Shown here: piece after piece, positions 19,176-28,261 of the stretch
Layout of the letters: each line of letters begins with the position of its first letter
Numbering within the stretch: position 1 is the first letter of the stretch
From: an uncultured bacterium
GTDB taxonomy: Bacteria; Pseudomonadota; Alphaproteobacteria; Sphingomonadales; Sphingomonadaceae
Length of the DNA stretch: 64,000 nucleotides
Reading direction: 5' to 3'
Assembly: GCA_903884945.1 (NCBI GenBank)
Contig: CAISGR010000279.1
Location: 10,966-74,965 of the forward strand
Made by a program: the position numbers and the translations under genes
The notes under the pieces: generated by a model
The model's input: only the letters and a program-made list of their open reading frames with translations
What the model was told of the DNA's origin: nothing
Database searches by the model: none

Positions 19176-21542
19176 ATGCCTATGGTTCTTCGTTACTCGT
19201 TGCTGGCCGGCGTCGCCGCCTGCCTCGCCTCCCCCGCCTTCGCCGCCGACGGCGACAAGCCGACAGCCGCCGCCGACCAGCAATCGACCAGCGCCGGCCA
19301 GGCCGGCCAGGCGAACGACCGGCAATCGCTCACCTCGTCCGATATCATCGTCACCGGCTCGCGCACGGCGCAGGAGGCGCCGATCAGCGTTTCGCTCACC
19401 ACGACGCAGCCACAGGCAGCGATCAACCGCGAGTTCATCGACAATGCCAATGCCGGATCCGACTTCTTCGCGCTGATCGCGCTGACCCCGGGCGTGTCGC
19501 TGACGGGCAACAACAACGGCGCCGGCTTCACCGAGACCAAGGCGCAGATCCGCGGCTTCCAGGACGGCGAATACAACGTCACCTATGATTCGATCCCGTT
19601 CGCCGACACCAACAACCCGACCCACCATTCGACGAGCTTCTTCCCGTCGAACACGATCGAGACGGTCGTCGTCGACCGCGGCCCCGGCAATGCCAGCCAG
19701 CTCGGCCAGGCGACCTATGGCGGCAACATCAATCTCTATTCGCGCGCCGTCAGCGACACCATGGGCGTCGAGGCGCAGGCCGTGGGCGGCAGCTTCAACA
19801 GCTTCATCGGGCGCGTCACGCTGCAGAGCGGCAAGATCGCCGCGCTCGGCGACGCGAAATTCGTGCTGAGCGGCCAGTATCTGCGCTCGGACGGCGCGGC
19901 GACCTTCTCGCCCGTCGGCGACAAAAACCTGTTCTTCAAGGCAGTGATTCCGATCGGCGCGTCCAACACGCTGACCCTGCTCAGCACCTATAACCGCAAT
20001 TTCTATTATCAGTCCGACGTGCTGAAGGGCGCGACCTGCGGCGCCTATACGACCGCCTCGCCGGCGCCGGCCGGTTCGACGCTGACGGTCGACCATTGCG
20101 CCCCGACATCGAATATCGGGCAATTCGGGCTGGGCTATTCGCTCGGGAACGACCCGACGAAGCAGGATTACTGGCGGTACAACCGGACCGACAAGAACAG
20201 CGACTTCGAGATCATCCGCCTGCAGAGCGACCTGGGCGCGGGCTTCTCGCTGGATAACCGCTTCTACACCTACCAGTACAACAACCAGACCTTTTCGGGG
20301 AACACCGGCTCGGTGGTGTCCGGATTCACCGGCGCCGGGACCCCGGCATCCCCGTACAAGGCCGTCACCCTTGCGGCCGACATCCTCGGCTACGACAAGC
20401 TCAACAGCTATCGGAACTATGGCTATATCGGCCAGGTCAATTACGAATTCTCGCTGGGCAAAATCCGCGTCGGCGGCTGGTACGAGCATTCGGACAGCGA
20501 CCGCCACACCTATGATCTCGACCGTACCACCGGGCTGCCGAGCTATAACGAGAAGTTCAACAATGGCAGCGGCACGGCGGCGGCGAACGCGCTGCCGAGC
20601 ACCGCGCTGGCGAACATCGCCTATGACCAGCAATCGAGCTGGGACCAGTACCAGCTGTTCGGCGAGTTCGAGTTCCACCCGGTCAAGGCGCTGGCGATCA
20701 CGCCGGGCATCAAATATATCCATTTCACCCGCGGGATCAGCGCGCTGGTGAACCAGAAGTCGCGCACCCCGCTCGACACCTCGGCGACCTGGACCCAGGC
20801 GCTGCCGTTCGCGACGGTCAACTGGCAGGCGACCCCGACCTGGTCCTTCTACGGCCAATATGCGAAGGGCTTCTACGTGCCCGACCTGTCGAGCTTCTAT
20901 TCGCCCTCGACATCGCTGAGCAGCGCCCTTGCCGAGCTGAAGCCCCAGACCACGACCAATTACCAGATCGGCACCGTCTGGCACGGCGAGTCAGTCTCGA
21001 TCGACGCCGATGGCTATATCATCAACGTCAGCAACAAGATCGGCACCTGCAACACCGTCGGCTGCGATACCACGCTGCTGATCAATATCGGGCAGGTCCG
21101 CTACAAGGGCGTCGAGGGCGGCGTCACCTACTCGCCCCTCCATAGGCTGACGCTGTTCGGCAACGGATCCTATAACTACGCGCGCAGCGTCACCAGCGGG
21201 GCGCAGCTCGCCAAGGCGCCCTTCACGACCGCGGCGCTCGGCGCCATCTATAGCGGCGGCGGCTTCCGCGCATCGTTCAGCCAGAAGTTCACCGGGCCAT
21301 CCTACGCCACCGAATATGCGGGAAGCGGGCCGCGTAACTATCGCATCGCGCCGTACAGCATCGGTGAAGTCGCCGTCAGCTACCAGTTCCTGAAGCATTT
21401 CCAGATCGGCGCGACCGTCTCCAACCTGTTCGACAATCGCGCCATCTACGGCATTTCGGCGGGCAAGACCTATGGCGTGGACGACCAGTTCAACACCTAT
21501 GCGCCGCGCGAGATCCTGATCGACCTGCGCGTGCGCTACTGA
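19176..21542 (+). CDS. TonB-dependent receptor
   Basis: RBS GGAGG; signal peptide, DIIVTG, plug DRGPG...GGNIN, C-terminal PREILIDLRVRY. Confidence 0.92.
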   Translation: MPMVLRYSLLAGVAACLASPAFAADGDKPTAAADQQSTSAGQAGQANDRQSLTSSDIIVTGSRTAQEAPISVSLTTTQPQAAINREFIDNANAGSDFFALIALTPGVSLTGNNNGAGFTETKAQIRGFQDGEYNVTYDSIPFADTNNPTHHSTSFFPSNTIETVVVDRGPGNASQLGQATYGGNINLYSRAVSDTMGVEAQAVGGSFNSFIGRVTLQSGKIAALGDAKFVLSGQYLRSDGAATFSPVGDKNLFFKAVIPIGASNTLTLLSTYNRNFYYQSDVLKGATCGAYTTASPAPAGSTLTVDHCAPTSNIGQFGLGYSLGNDPTKQDYWRYNRTDKNSDFEIIRLQSDLGAGFSLDNRFYTYQYNNQTFSGNTGSVVSGFTGAGTPASPYKAVTLAADILGYDKLNSYRNYGYIGQVNYEFSLGKIRVGGWYEHSDSDRHTYDLDRTTGLPSYNEKFNNGSGTAAANALPSTALANIAYDQQSSWDQYQLFGEFEFHPVKALAITPGIKYIHFTRGISALVNQKSRTPLDTSATWTQALPFATVNWQATPTWSFYGQYAKGFYVPDLSSFYSPSTSLSSALAELKPQTTTNYQIGTVWHGESVSIDADGYIINVSNKIGTCNTVGCDTTLLINIGQVRYKGVEGGVTYSPLHRLTLFGNGSYNYARSVTSGAQLAKAPFTTAALGAIYSGGGFRASFSQKFTGPSYATEYAGSGPRNYRIAPYSIGEVAVSYQFLKHFQIGATVSNLFDNRAIYGISAGKTYGVDDQFNTYAPREILIDLRVRY

Positions 21543-21567
21543 TCCGGCGCGGCAGGAGCACGGCGCG

Positions 21568-22284
21568 ATGGCACGGTTTTCGACCCCGCTGGCGGCGATC
21601 CTCGCCGTCGCCCTGGCAGCATGGGGCACCGCGTCGGCGGCGCCGCACCAGCTCCATTACCTGAGCGCGGAGGAGCTTGCCCCGGCCAGCGTCCTCCCGC
21701 CGCCGCCAACGCCGGGATCGGTCCTGGAGAAGGCCGAACTCGGCGCGCTTCACGCCATCGTCGCCGCGAGCACGCCCGAGCGGCTCGATCAGGCGCGCTG
21801 GGACCAGGAGCATGAGGATCCCGGCCTGTTCGACCGGACACTCGGGATCGAGCTCGAAAAGCTGCCCGCCACCTGGGCGCTGCTGATGGCGGTGCGCGAG
21901 GAGGCCGCTGCGGCCGCCGCGGCGGGCAAGGCGCATTTCCACCGCATGCGCCCCTGGGGCGTCGATCCGACGCTGTCGAGCTGCGAACATGCGCCCGAGC
22001 ATCAGCCGACCAATTCCTATCCGAGCGGCCATGCGATCCTGGGCTATTCGGCCGGCTATGTGCTTGCCCGCCTGCTGCCGGGCCGCGCCAGCGACATTCT
22101 GGGGCGCGCGGCGGACTATGGCTATAGCCGCGAAGTGTGCGGGGTGCACTTCCCCTCGGACATCGAGGCGAGCCATGCCCTGGGCACGCTGGTCGCCGCG
22201 AAGCTGCTCGCCAATCCCGCGTTCAGGGCCAAATTCGACGCCGCGCGGCTGGAACTGGCCCGCGCGCATCTTGCCGGCGCGTGA
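21568..22284 (+). CDS. Secreted class A acid phosphatase (PAP2 superfamily)
   Basis: Signal peptide; K-x6-RP (GKAHFHRMRP), SYPSGH, SREVCGVHFPSD. Confidence 0.92.
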   Translation: MARFSTPLAAILAVALAAWGTASAAPHQLHYLSAEELAPASVLPPPPTPGSVLEKAELGALHAIVAASTPERLDQARWDQEHEDPGLFDRTLGIELEKLPATWALLMAVREEAAAAAAAGKAHFHRMRPWGVDPTLSSCEHAPEHQPTNSYPSGHAILGYSAGYVLARLLPGRASDILGRAADYGYSREVCGVHFPSDIEASHALGTLVAAKLLANPAFRAKFDAARLELARAHLAGA

Positions 22285-22302
22285 CGACGGGTTCGGCCGC
22301 CG

Positions 22303-22863
22303 TCAGACGATGGCGAGGCGAAGCACGGCGGTGAGGCTTCGCATCACATAATCGGTCAGCGATCCCCTGGGCTCGATCGCCCATTGGATCAGCGCGCCAT
22401 GCAGCTGCGCGTCCAGCAGCTGCGCGACGTCTTCCGGCGGGAGGCGCACCGGCGGCAGACGATCGAGGATCGCGGCGCGAAATTGGGCGAAGCGTGCCCG
22501 CGCCATCGCGTTGAACACCGGATCGCGAATGTCCTCGCGCAGCCACAGCAGGTGATCCGCCAGCTCGGGATCGGGATCGGCGTGAAAGGCCTCGGTCGCG
22601 GCGCGATAGACGGCAAGCGTCGCAGCTTCGCCGCGCCCTTCGGGCAGGTCGGCGATCCAGCGCGCGAAGCGGGCATTGTCCTGCGCAAAGGCACGCTCGA
22701 CCAGCGTCCGCTTGTCGCCGAAGCGCTGCAGGAGGGTGGCCGGGGAAAGGCCGGTCTCGGCGGCGAGGTCGGCCAGGGTGAAACCCGCCGGACCGGCCCG
22801 CGCCATCACCGGCAGCGCACGCTCGAGGATCTCGTCGTCGCTGATCGACTTGCGCCGGCTCAT
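22303..22863 (-). CDS. TetR-family transcriptional regulator
   Basis: N-terminal HTH GPAGFTLADLAAETGLSPATLLQRFGDKRTL. Confidence 0.9.
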   Translation of the reverse strand: MSRRKSISDDEILERALPVMARAGPAGFTLADLAAETGLSPATLLQRFGDKRTLVERAFAQDNARFARWIADLPEGRGEAATLAVYRAATEAFHADPDPELADHLLWLREDIRDPVFNAMARARFAQFRAAILDRLPPVRLPPEDVAQLLDAQLHGALIQWAIEPRGSLTDYVMRSLTAVLRLAIV

Positions 22864-23510
22864 CGCCCCGTGTCCGGGGCCCGGACCACCATCCAGGCCG
22901 CGAGGCAGGCCAGCTTCTGCTCTTTGCGCCACGGCCTGCCGGCAGTCGCGCCGAGCGCATCGAGGCGCGCGGCGATATCGGCGGGCTCGAGGCCGAGGGC
23001 CTGCGATGACAACGAATGGAGCGACTTCTCGTCCATTTCGGCGACCGGGAGGCCCAGCCGGCCGCAGGCGAAACGCAGGGCATCGCGCACGGCGAGCCCC
23101 TCGGCGACCGGCGGGTGATCGGCATAAGCGAGGCTGTACGCGAGCAGATCGGATACCCATCCGGCGCGATTGACCAGCAGCGCCGCGACGGCGGGCGCCG
23201 CGCCCGCCTGGCGCAGCCTGGCCACGATATCCGCCAGGCCCGCCAGCGCCAGCGCCTCCTGCCGCCGGCGACCCTCGGCCACCGCCGCCACCGCCCGGGG
23301 CGACGCGCCGCCCGCAAGGCCTCGCTCCATCTCGGCCGCGACATGATAGGGCTCGAGCGCCAAACGGTCGCCCTCGGCGGCGGTCGCCAGGAAGGATGAC
23401 AGCAGGACGCGCGGTCCGCCCGTATCCGCAGCGACGCCGACAACCACGCCGCCCCCCTTCAGCGCCCGGAAGCCGAGCACCACCGGGACCATCGCGCCGT
23501 CGAGACTCAT
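22860..23510 (-). CDS. Hypothetical protein
   Basis: Coupled by ATGA overlaps on both sides; protein-like composition (LEPYHVAAE, REQKLA-like WRKEQKLACLAAW); no family recognised. Confidence 0.65.
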   Translation of the reverse strand: MSLDGAMVPVVLGFRALKGGGVVVGVAADTGGPRVLLSSFLATAAEGDRLALEPYHVAAEMERGLAGGASPRAVAAVAEGRRRQEALALAGLADIVARLRQAGAAPAVAALLVNRAGWVSDLLAYSLAYADHPPVAEGLAVRDALRFACGRLGLPVAEMDEKSLHSLSSQALGLEPADIAARLDALGATAGRPWRKEQKLACLAAWMVVRAPDTGR

Positions 23511-24562
23511 GCCGGCGCCAGGCCGGGCCCGACCTCCTCCAGGCCGAGCGCCTCCGCCAGTTGCAGCGCCAGTCCGCGCCGGGCCGGGTCCTGGTGGATC
23601 TGGCAATAGCGCGCCCAGATGAGGAAGCGCGCCGCATCGTCCAGCGGCGGCCGCGCGGCCAGTTCCCGCACCTGCGCATCGAACAGGCCCGGGAAATCGG
23701 GAACGCGGCCGTCCACGTCGGTAAAGCCATATTCCCGCGCAAGGTCCGAGGCGAAATGCACAAGCCCCGCCTTGCGCGAGGCGTGCCCGTCGGCGGCCAG
23801 CGCGACCACGGCGCGGCCGACAAGGTGCGGCGTTTCCGATTCAGCGAAATAGGGATCCTGCGCGATCGCATCGCGCCAGTTCTCCTCGCGGACGCCGAGA
23901 TGATCGAGCACTGCCTCCGATCGCAGGAAACCCGGCGAGAGCGCGAGCGCGGTGACGCCGGTTTGCGCCAGTTCCATGGCCATGCCGTAGGCGAGGCGCG
24001 CCAGCGCCGCCTTGACGAGATCGTAGACGAGGTGACCGCGATAGCCGGCGAAGTGGCCGTCGATCACCTCGACGATGAGCCCGCGACCAGCCTCCACCAT
24101 GAGCGGCGCGAAGTGGCGGTTGGTGATGAGGTGGCTGACGAGCGTCTGATCGAGACAGGCATGGATGCCGGCGAGATCGATCTCCCAGAAGCGCCGCCCC
24201 CAGTCGATCACGGGATCAGCGCCCCAGATGCTGTCGACGAGGATGTCGAGCCGGCCCGCTTCGCGCCGCACGCGGGCAGCGAGGCCCGCCACTTCCGCCT
24301 CGACCGTATGATCGACGCGCACGGCGATGGCGCGGCCGCCCGCCTCCCCGATCAGCGCGACGGTTTCGTCGAGGGTTTCGGGGCGATCCATGCCCCCGGG
24401 ATGCCCCGCGGCGCTGCGCCCGGTGCAGTAGACGACCGCCCCGGCTTCCCCGAGCGCCCGTGCAATGCCGCGCCCCGCGCCGCGCGTCGCCCCCGCCACC
24501 AGGGCGACCTTGCCCACCAGATCCGGTCCCTGCGCAACCATGTCAGGCGTCTCCCGCGCCAT
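23507..24562 (-). CDS. SDR-family oxidoreductase (DHRS1-like) with C-terminal extension
   Basis: AGATRGAGRG, YCTGRS, LVDSIWG, YDLVKA, LSPGFLRSE; start could be 24541. Confidence 0.88.
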   Translation of the reverse strand: MARETPDMVAQGPDLVGKVALVAGATRGAGRGIARALGEAGAVVYCTGRSAAGHPGGMDRPETLDETVALIGEAGGRAIAVRVDHTVEAEVAGLAARVRREAGRLDILVDSIWGADPVIDWGRRFWEIDLAGIHACLDQTLVSHLITNRHFAPLMVEAGRGLIVEVIDGHFAGYRGHLVYDLVKAALARLAYGMAMELAQTGVTALALSPGFLRSEAVLDHLGVREENWRDAIAQDPYFAESETPHLVGRAVVALAADGHASRKAGLVHFASDLAREYGFTDVDGRVPDFPGLFDAQVRELAARPPLDDAARFLIWARYCQIHQDPARRGLALQLAEALGLEEVGPGLAPA

Positions 24563-24583
24563 CCTTCGCCAAAGGAGGCTCAT

Positions 24584-24607
24584 ATATAAATGACCGATCA
24601 TTTATAT
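24584..24607. promoter_or_regulatory. Inverted repeat, likely TetR operator (ATATAAATGA-CCGA-TCATTTATAT)
   Basis: Perfect 10-bp arms directly upstream of the SDR-hyp-TetR operon. Confidence 0.75.
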
Positions 24608-24634
24608 GTCAAAGCGGGTCGCCGGGGTCGGCCC

Positions 24635-26002
24635 TCACCGAGCGAGGAGGCGGAAGCTCCAGGGAGGCAGGAGCATCGTGCTGTCCTGCGCGACGGTGAC
24701 CGGCGCCTCGTCGACGAAGTCGCGATAAGTGCCCGCGAACGGCCCGTCGACAAAGCCGATCTGCTGCGCCGTGCCCGACATGTTGAACACCGCCAGCACC
24801 TTGTCGCCATCCTGCTCGCGTACGAAGGAGAAGACTGTTTCGGGCCGGCTGTTCACCACCCGGACCATCGCCCCGCCCCAGGGGGCGTTGTCGAGCGCGG
24901 CGTGGCGCTTGCGGAAGGCGATCAGGCGCTGGAACAGCACGCCATTGGGGGATTGCTTCCAGGCGATCGGATCGCGTTCGAAGAATTCAAGCCGCCTGGT
25001 GTTGCCGGCCTCCTGCCCGTTATAGATCAGCGGCAGCCCCACGCTGACGAAGGACAGCGCGATCGCGTTGGGCAGCGCGGCGCCGAAGCGCTCGACGTCA
25101 GTCCCCTCCCAGCTGTTCTTGTCATGGTTGGAGGTGAACAGCATGCGCATCGCCGCGCGCGGCCAGGCGCCGTCGGCCCAGCTGTAATAATTGAACAGCG
25201 CGCCGGTATCGGCCTTGCCCATCGCAATATCATGCATCGCATTCTCCCACGTCCAGGCATAGCTGGCGTCGAAGGCGCGGGCGTGGAGATCGGGCCATTC
25301 CCATTCGGCGAGCATGAAGACCGGCTTGATCGCATCGAGCTCCGCCCGGGCATTGTTCCAGAAATCGACCGGGACCATGCCCGCCACATCGCAGCGGAAA
25401 CCGTCGAAGCCGACGTCGCGCACCCAGTATTTCATCGCCGCGGTCATGTACTGGCGCAGCGCCGGCTTCGTATAATCGAGGTCGATGATGTCCGACCAGT
25501 CATACCAGGGCGTGGGGCGGAAGCTGCCCTTCCAGTCGCGCTCGTACCAGTCGGGATGCTGCGTCACGAGCGGATTGTCCCACGCCGTGTGGTTCGCGAC
25601 CCAGTCGAGGATGACGTGCAGCCCGAGCCGGTGCGCCGTGGCAATGAAGGATCTGAGATCGGCGAGCGTGCCGAATTCCGGGTTCACGCCGTAATAGTCG
25701 CGCACCGAATAGGGGCTGCCGAGGCTGCCCTTGCGGTTCTTCGCGCCGATCGGCTGGACCGGCATCAGCCAGATCACGTCGACGCCGAGCGACTTCAGCC
25801 GGGGCAGCTGCGCCTCGGCCGCGCGGAACGTCCCCTCCTGCGTGAACTGGCGGGTGTTGAGCTGGTAGAGCACGGCCTTGCGGCTCCAGGCCGGATGCCG
25901 GATCTTCACATAGGCTTCGGGCGTGTAGCGTGCGGGGATCTTCTGCGCGGCGGCAGGCTGTGCACCGATCAGCGCCAGCAGCGCGAGAAGCCAGTATCGC
26001 AT
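24635..26002 (-). CDS. Secreted GH13 alpha-amylase-family glycosidase
   Basis: Signal peptide; DWVANHT, GFRCDVAG, AEW, NHD. Confidence 0.93.
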   Translation of the reverse strand: MRYWLLALLALIGAQPAAAQKIPARYTPEAYVKIRHPAWSRKAVLYQLNTRQFTQEGTFRAAEAQLPRLKSLGVDVIWLMPVQPIGAKNRKGSLGSPYSVRDYYGVNPEFGTLADLRSFIATAHRLGLHVILDWVANHTAWDNPLVTQHPDWYERDWKGSFRPTPWYDWSDIIDLDYTKPALRQYMTAAMKYWVRDVGFDGFRCDVAGMVPVDFWNNARAELDAIKPVFMLAEWEWPDLHARAFDASYAWTWENAMHDIAMGKADTGALFNYYSWADGAWPRAAMRMLFTSNHDKNSWEGTDVERFGAALPNAIALSFVSVGLPLIYNGQEAGNTRRLEFFERDPIAWKQSPNGVLFQRLIAFRKRHAALDNAPWGGAMVRVVNSRPETVFSFVREQDGDKVLAVFNMSGTAQQIGFVDGPFAGTYRDFVDEAPVTVAQDSTMLLPPWSFRLLAR

Positions 26003-26158
26003 CGTCAGCGGTTCCGTTCGGGGGTCGCGCGAAGCGCGCGCATGCGGCGGCGCCCGCCATCGTCGATGGCCGCGATGTCGCCGGCATTGCCGCCGCGGGG
26101 GAGGACGATGCGGCGCGGCGCGGTCACCTCGCCACGCCCCGGCGGCCTCCTGGCGGCG

Positions 26159-26188
26159 AAAGAAGGACCCCGGCCGAAGCCGGGGTCC
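26159..26188 (-). terminator. Rho-independent terminator after GH97
   Basis: Minus strand GGACCCCGGC-UUCG-GCCGGGGTCC followed by TTCTTT. Confidence 0.85.
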
Positions 26189-26212
26189 AGGCGGGGGGTG
26201 CTTGGGGAGGAC

Positions 26213-28261
26213 TCAACGCTTCGCCGCGACGAAGCGGATCGCCTCGCCGCCGCCGGGGGCGAGCGCCAGCACGAGCTTGTCCCCCTGGCGGACGCGCTGG
26301 CGCTCGATCGTGATCGCGTGACGACCCTCGGTGCGATAGTCGGCGCCCGGGCCGTCGCGATAGATCTGCGCGGTATAGGCCTTGCCCGGATCGAGGAAAT
26401 CGAGCGTGACCTCAAGCGAGCGGGCATTCTCGTCGGTGACGGCGCCGAGATACCAGTCGGCCGAATGCCGGTCCTTGCGCGCAATGGTGACATAGTCGCC
26501 GACCTCGCCGTTCAGCACCCGCGTATCCGACCAGTCGGTCGGCACGTCCTTGATGAACTGGAACGGCCCGGAATATTTCGCGTAGTTCCCGGGCAGGTCG
26601 GCCGCCATCTGGATCGGCGAATAGATCACTACATAGAGCGCGAGCTGCTTGGCGATGGTCGACAGGATGTCGCTGCCGCCCCGGCCCTTCAGGCTCAGAA
26701 CGCCGGGCGTGAAATCCATCGGCCCGCCGAGCATGCGCGTGAAGACGAGGTTCGCCTCATGCTCGGGCGGGTTCTTCGGCACGCCCCAGGCATTATACTC
26801 CATGCCGCGCTGGCCTTCGCGCGAGACCCAGTTGGGATAGGTGCGGCGCAGGCCGGTATCCTTGATCGGCTCGTGCGCGTCGATCGCGATATGGCGCTTC
26901 GCCGCCTCGGTGACGACGCGCAGGTGATGCCGCGCCGATACCTGGCCCTCATGCCATTCGTAGCGGATCGAGCCGTCGGGCGCGCGGGCCTGCATGCCGC
27001 CCGCATCCGAGACATAGCCGGTCTTCACCGAATCGATGCCAAGCTGCTGATCGAGATCATAGGCCGCGCCCATCTGCGCCTCGTAATGCGCGATATTGGC
27101 CGAGGTTTCGTGGTGGCCGATCAGCACGACATGCTTCGACTTCGCATAGGCAGCGAGCCGGGGCAGATCGAAATCGGGATAAGGCTCGGTAAAGCTGAAA
27201 TCGTCGCCGCGCGCGAACCAGTCGCCATCCCAGCCCTTGTTCCAGCCCTCGACCAGCACGCCGCCAAAGCCGTTCTTCGCGGCGAAATCGATCATCGCCA
27301 TGGTGTTGGCCGTGGTCGCGCCATGCTTCGGCCCGGAATTCCAGCTCTGCTCGTCGAGATGCATCCCCCACCAGATGCCGACATATTTGCGCGGATGGAC
27401 CCAGGACACATCGCCGAGCTTGTTCGGCTCGTTGAGGTTGAGGATCAGGTTGGACATATAGAGCCCGGCGGCGTCCGGGCTGATCTGGAGCGTGCGCCAC
27501 GGCGTCGGGAAGGGCGCGTCGCGGCTGACCTTGGGGCCATCGGCCGAGGGCGTGAGCACTGCCTTGAGCAGGCCGCCCACCACCTTGGCGATGTTCATCC
27601 CGGCATAATCGACCAGCGCCGCTTCGTGAAACGCGATGTGCAGCCCGCTTGCGGTCTTCAGCGTGAGCGGCGTCTGCGCGATACCGATCTCGGCGATGGG
27701 CGTGCGGTGGTAGAGATATTCCTCGCGGTTGGATTCGAACGCCTCGCACCACCAGGCCGTCGCGGGTTCGGCGACGGCGAACTGAGTGAGTTCCTCGGCG
27801 ATATTGGCGTGCTTGAGATTGGGCTGGTCGGGGAATTCATAGCGAAAGCCGACACCGTCGTCATAGACGCGGAACACGACATCGAGCACGCGGTGGAGCG
27901 CGCCGCCCTCCCGCAGCCGGACGCGCATCTCGGCATAATGATTGCGGATCGTGGTGCGCTCGCCCCAGGGCTGATCCCAGCTGGAATCGCTCGCGTTGCG
28001 CGTGACCGCCTCGATCTGAAGGTTGCGGAAGAATTGCGGCGCATCAGTGAACAGGAAGCCAAGATGCGACGGCGCGATGACCGGCTTGCCCTGGCGACTG
28101 ACCGAATAATTGGCGTGGCCCTCCCCGTCGGTGGCGACCGCGACCGAGAGGATATTGCCGGGCGAGGCGATCGTCGCGTCGGGCGCCTGGGCCTGCGCCT
28201 GGGCGGCGAGCGGCAGCAGGAGCGCGAGCAGCGCGCCAGCGAGGGAAAGAAGTCGATTCAT
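26213..28261 (-). CDS. GH97 alpha-glucosidase (SusB-like), secreted
   Basis: Start MNRLLSL; KYVGIWWGMH, VLVEGWNKGW, GHHET, HEPIKDTG, REGQRGMEY, GPMDFTPG. Confidence 0.93.
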   Translation of the reverse strand: MNRLLSLAGALLALLLPLAAQAQAQAPDATIASPGNILSVAVATDGEGHANYSVSRQGKPVIAPSHLGFLFTDAPQFFRNLQIEAVTRNASDSSWDQPWGERTTIRNHYAEMRVRLREGGALHRVLDVVFRVYDDGVGFRYEFPDQPNLKHANIAEELTQFAVAEPATAWWCEAFESNREEYLYHRTPIAEIGIAQTPLTLKTASGLHIAFHEAALVDYAGMNIAKVVGGLLKAVLTPSADGPKVSRDAPFPTPWRTLQISPDAAGLYMSNLILNLNEPNKLGDVSWVHPRKYVGIWWGMHLDEQSWNSGPKHGATTANTMAMIDFAAKNGFGGVLVEGWNKGWDGDWFARGDDFSFTEPYPDFDLPRLAAYAKSKHVVLIGHHETSANIAHYEAQMGAAYDLDQQLGIDSVKTGYVSDAGGMQARAPDGSIRYEWHEGQVSARHHLRVVTEAAKRHIAIDAHEPIKDTGLRRTYPNWVSREGQRGMEYNAWGVPKNPPEHEANLVFTRMLGGPMDFTPGVLSLKGRGGSDILSTIAKQLALYVVIYSPIQMAADLPGNYAKYSGPFQFIKDVPTDWSDTRVLNGEVGDYVTIARKDRHSADWYLGAVTDENARSLEVTLDFLDPGKAYTAQIYRDGPGADYRTEGRHAITIERQRVRQGDKLVLALAPGGGEAIRFVAAKR

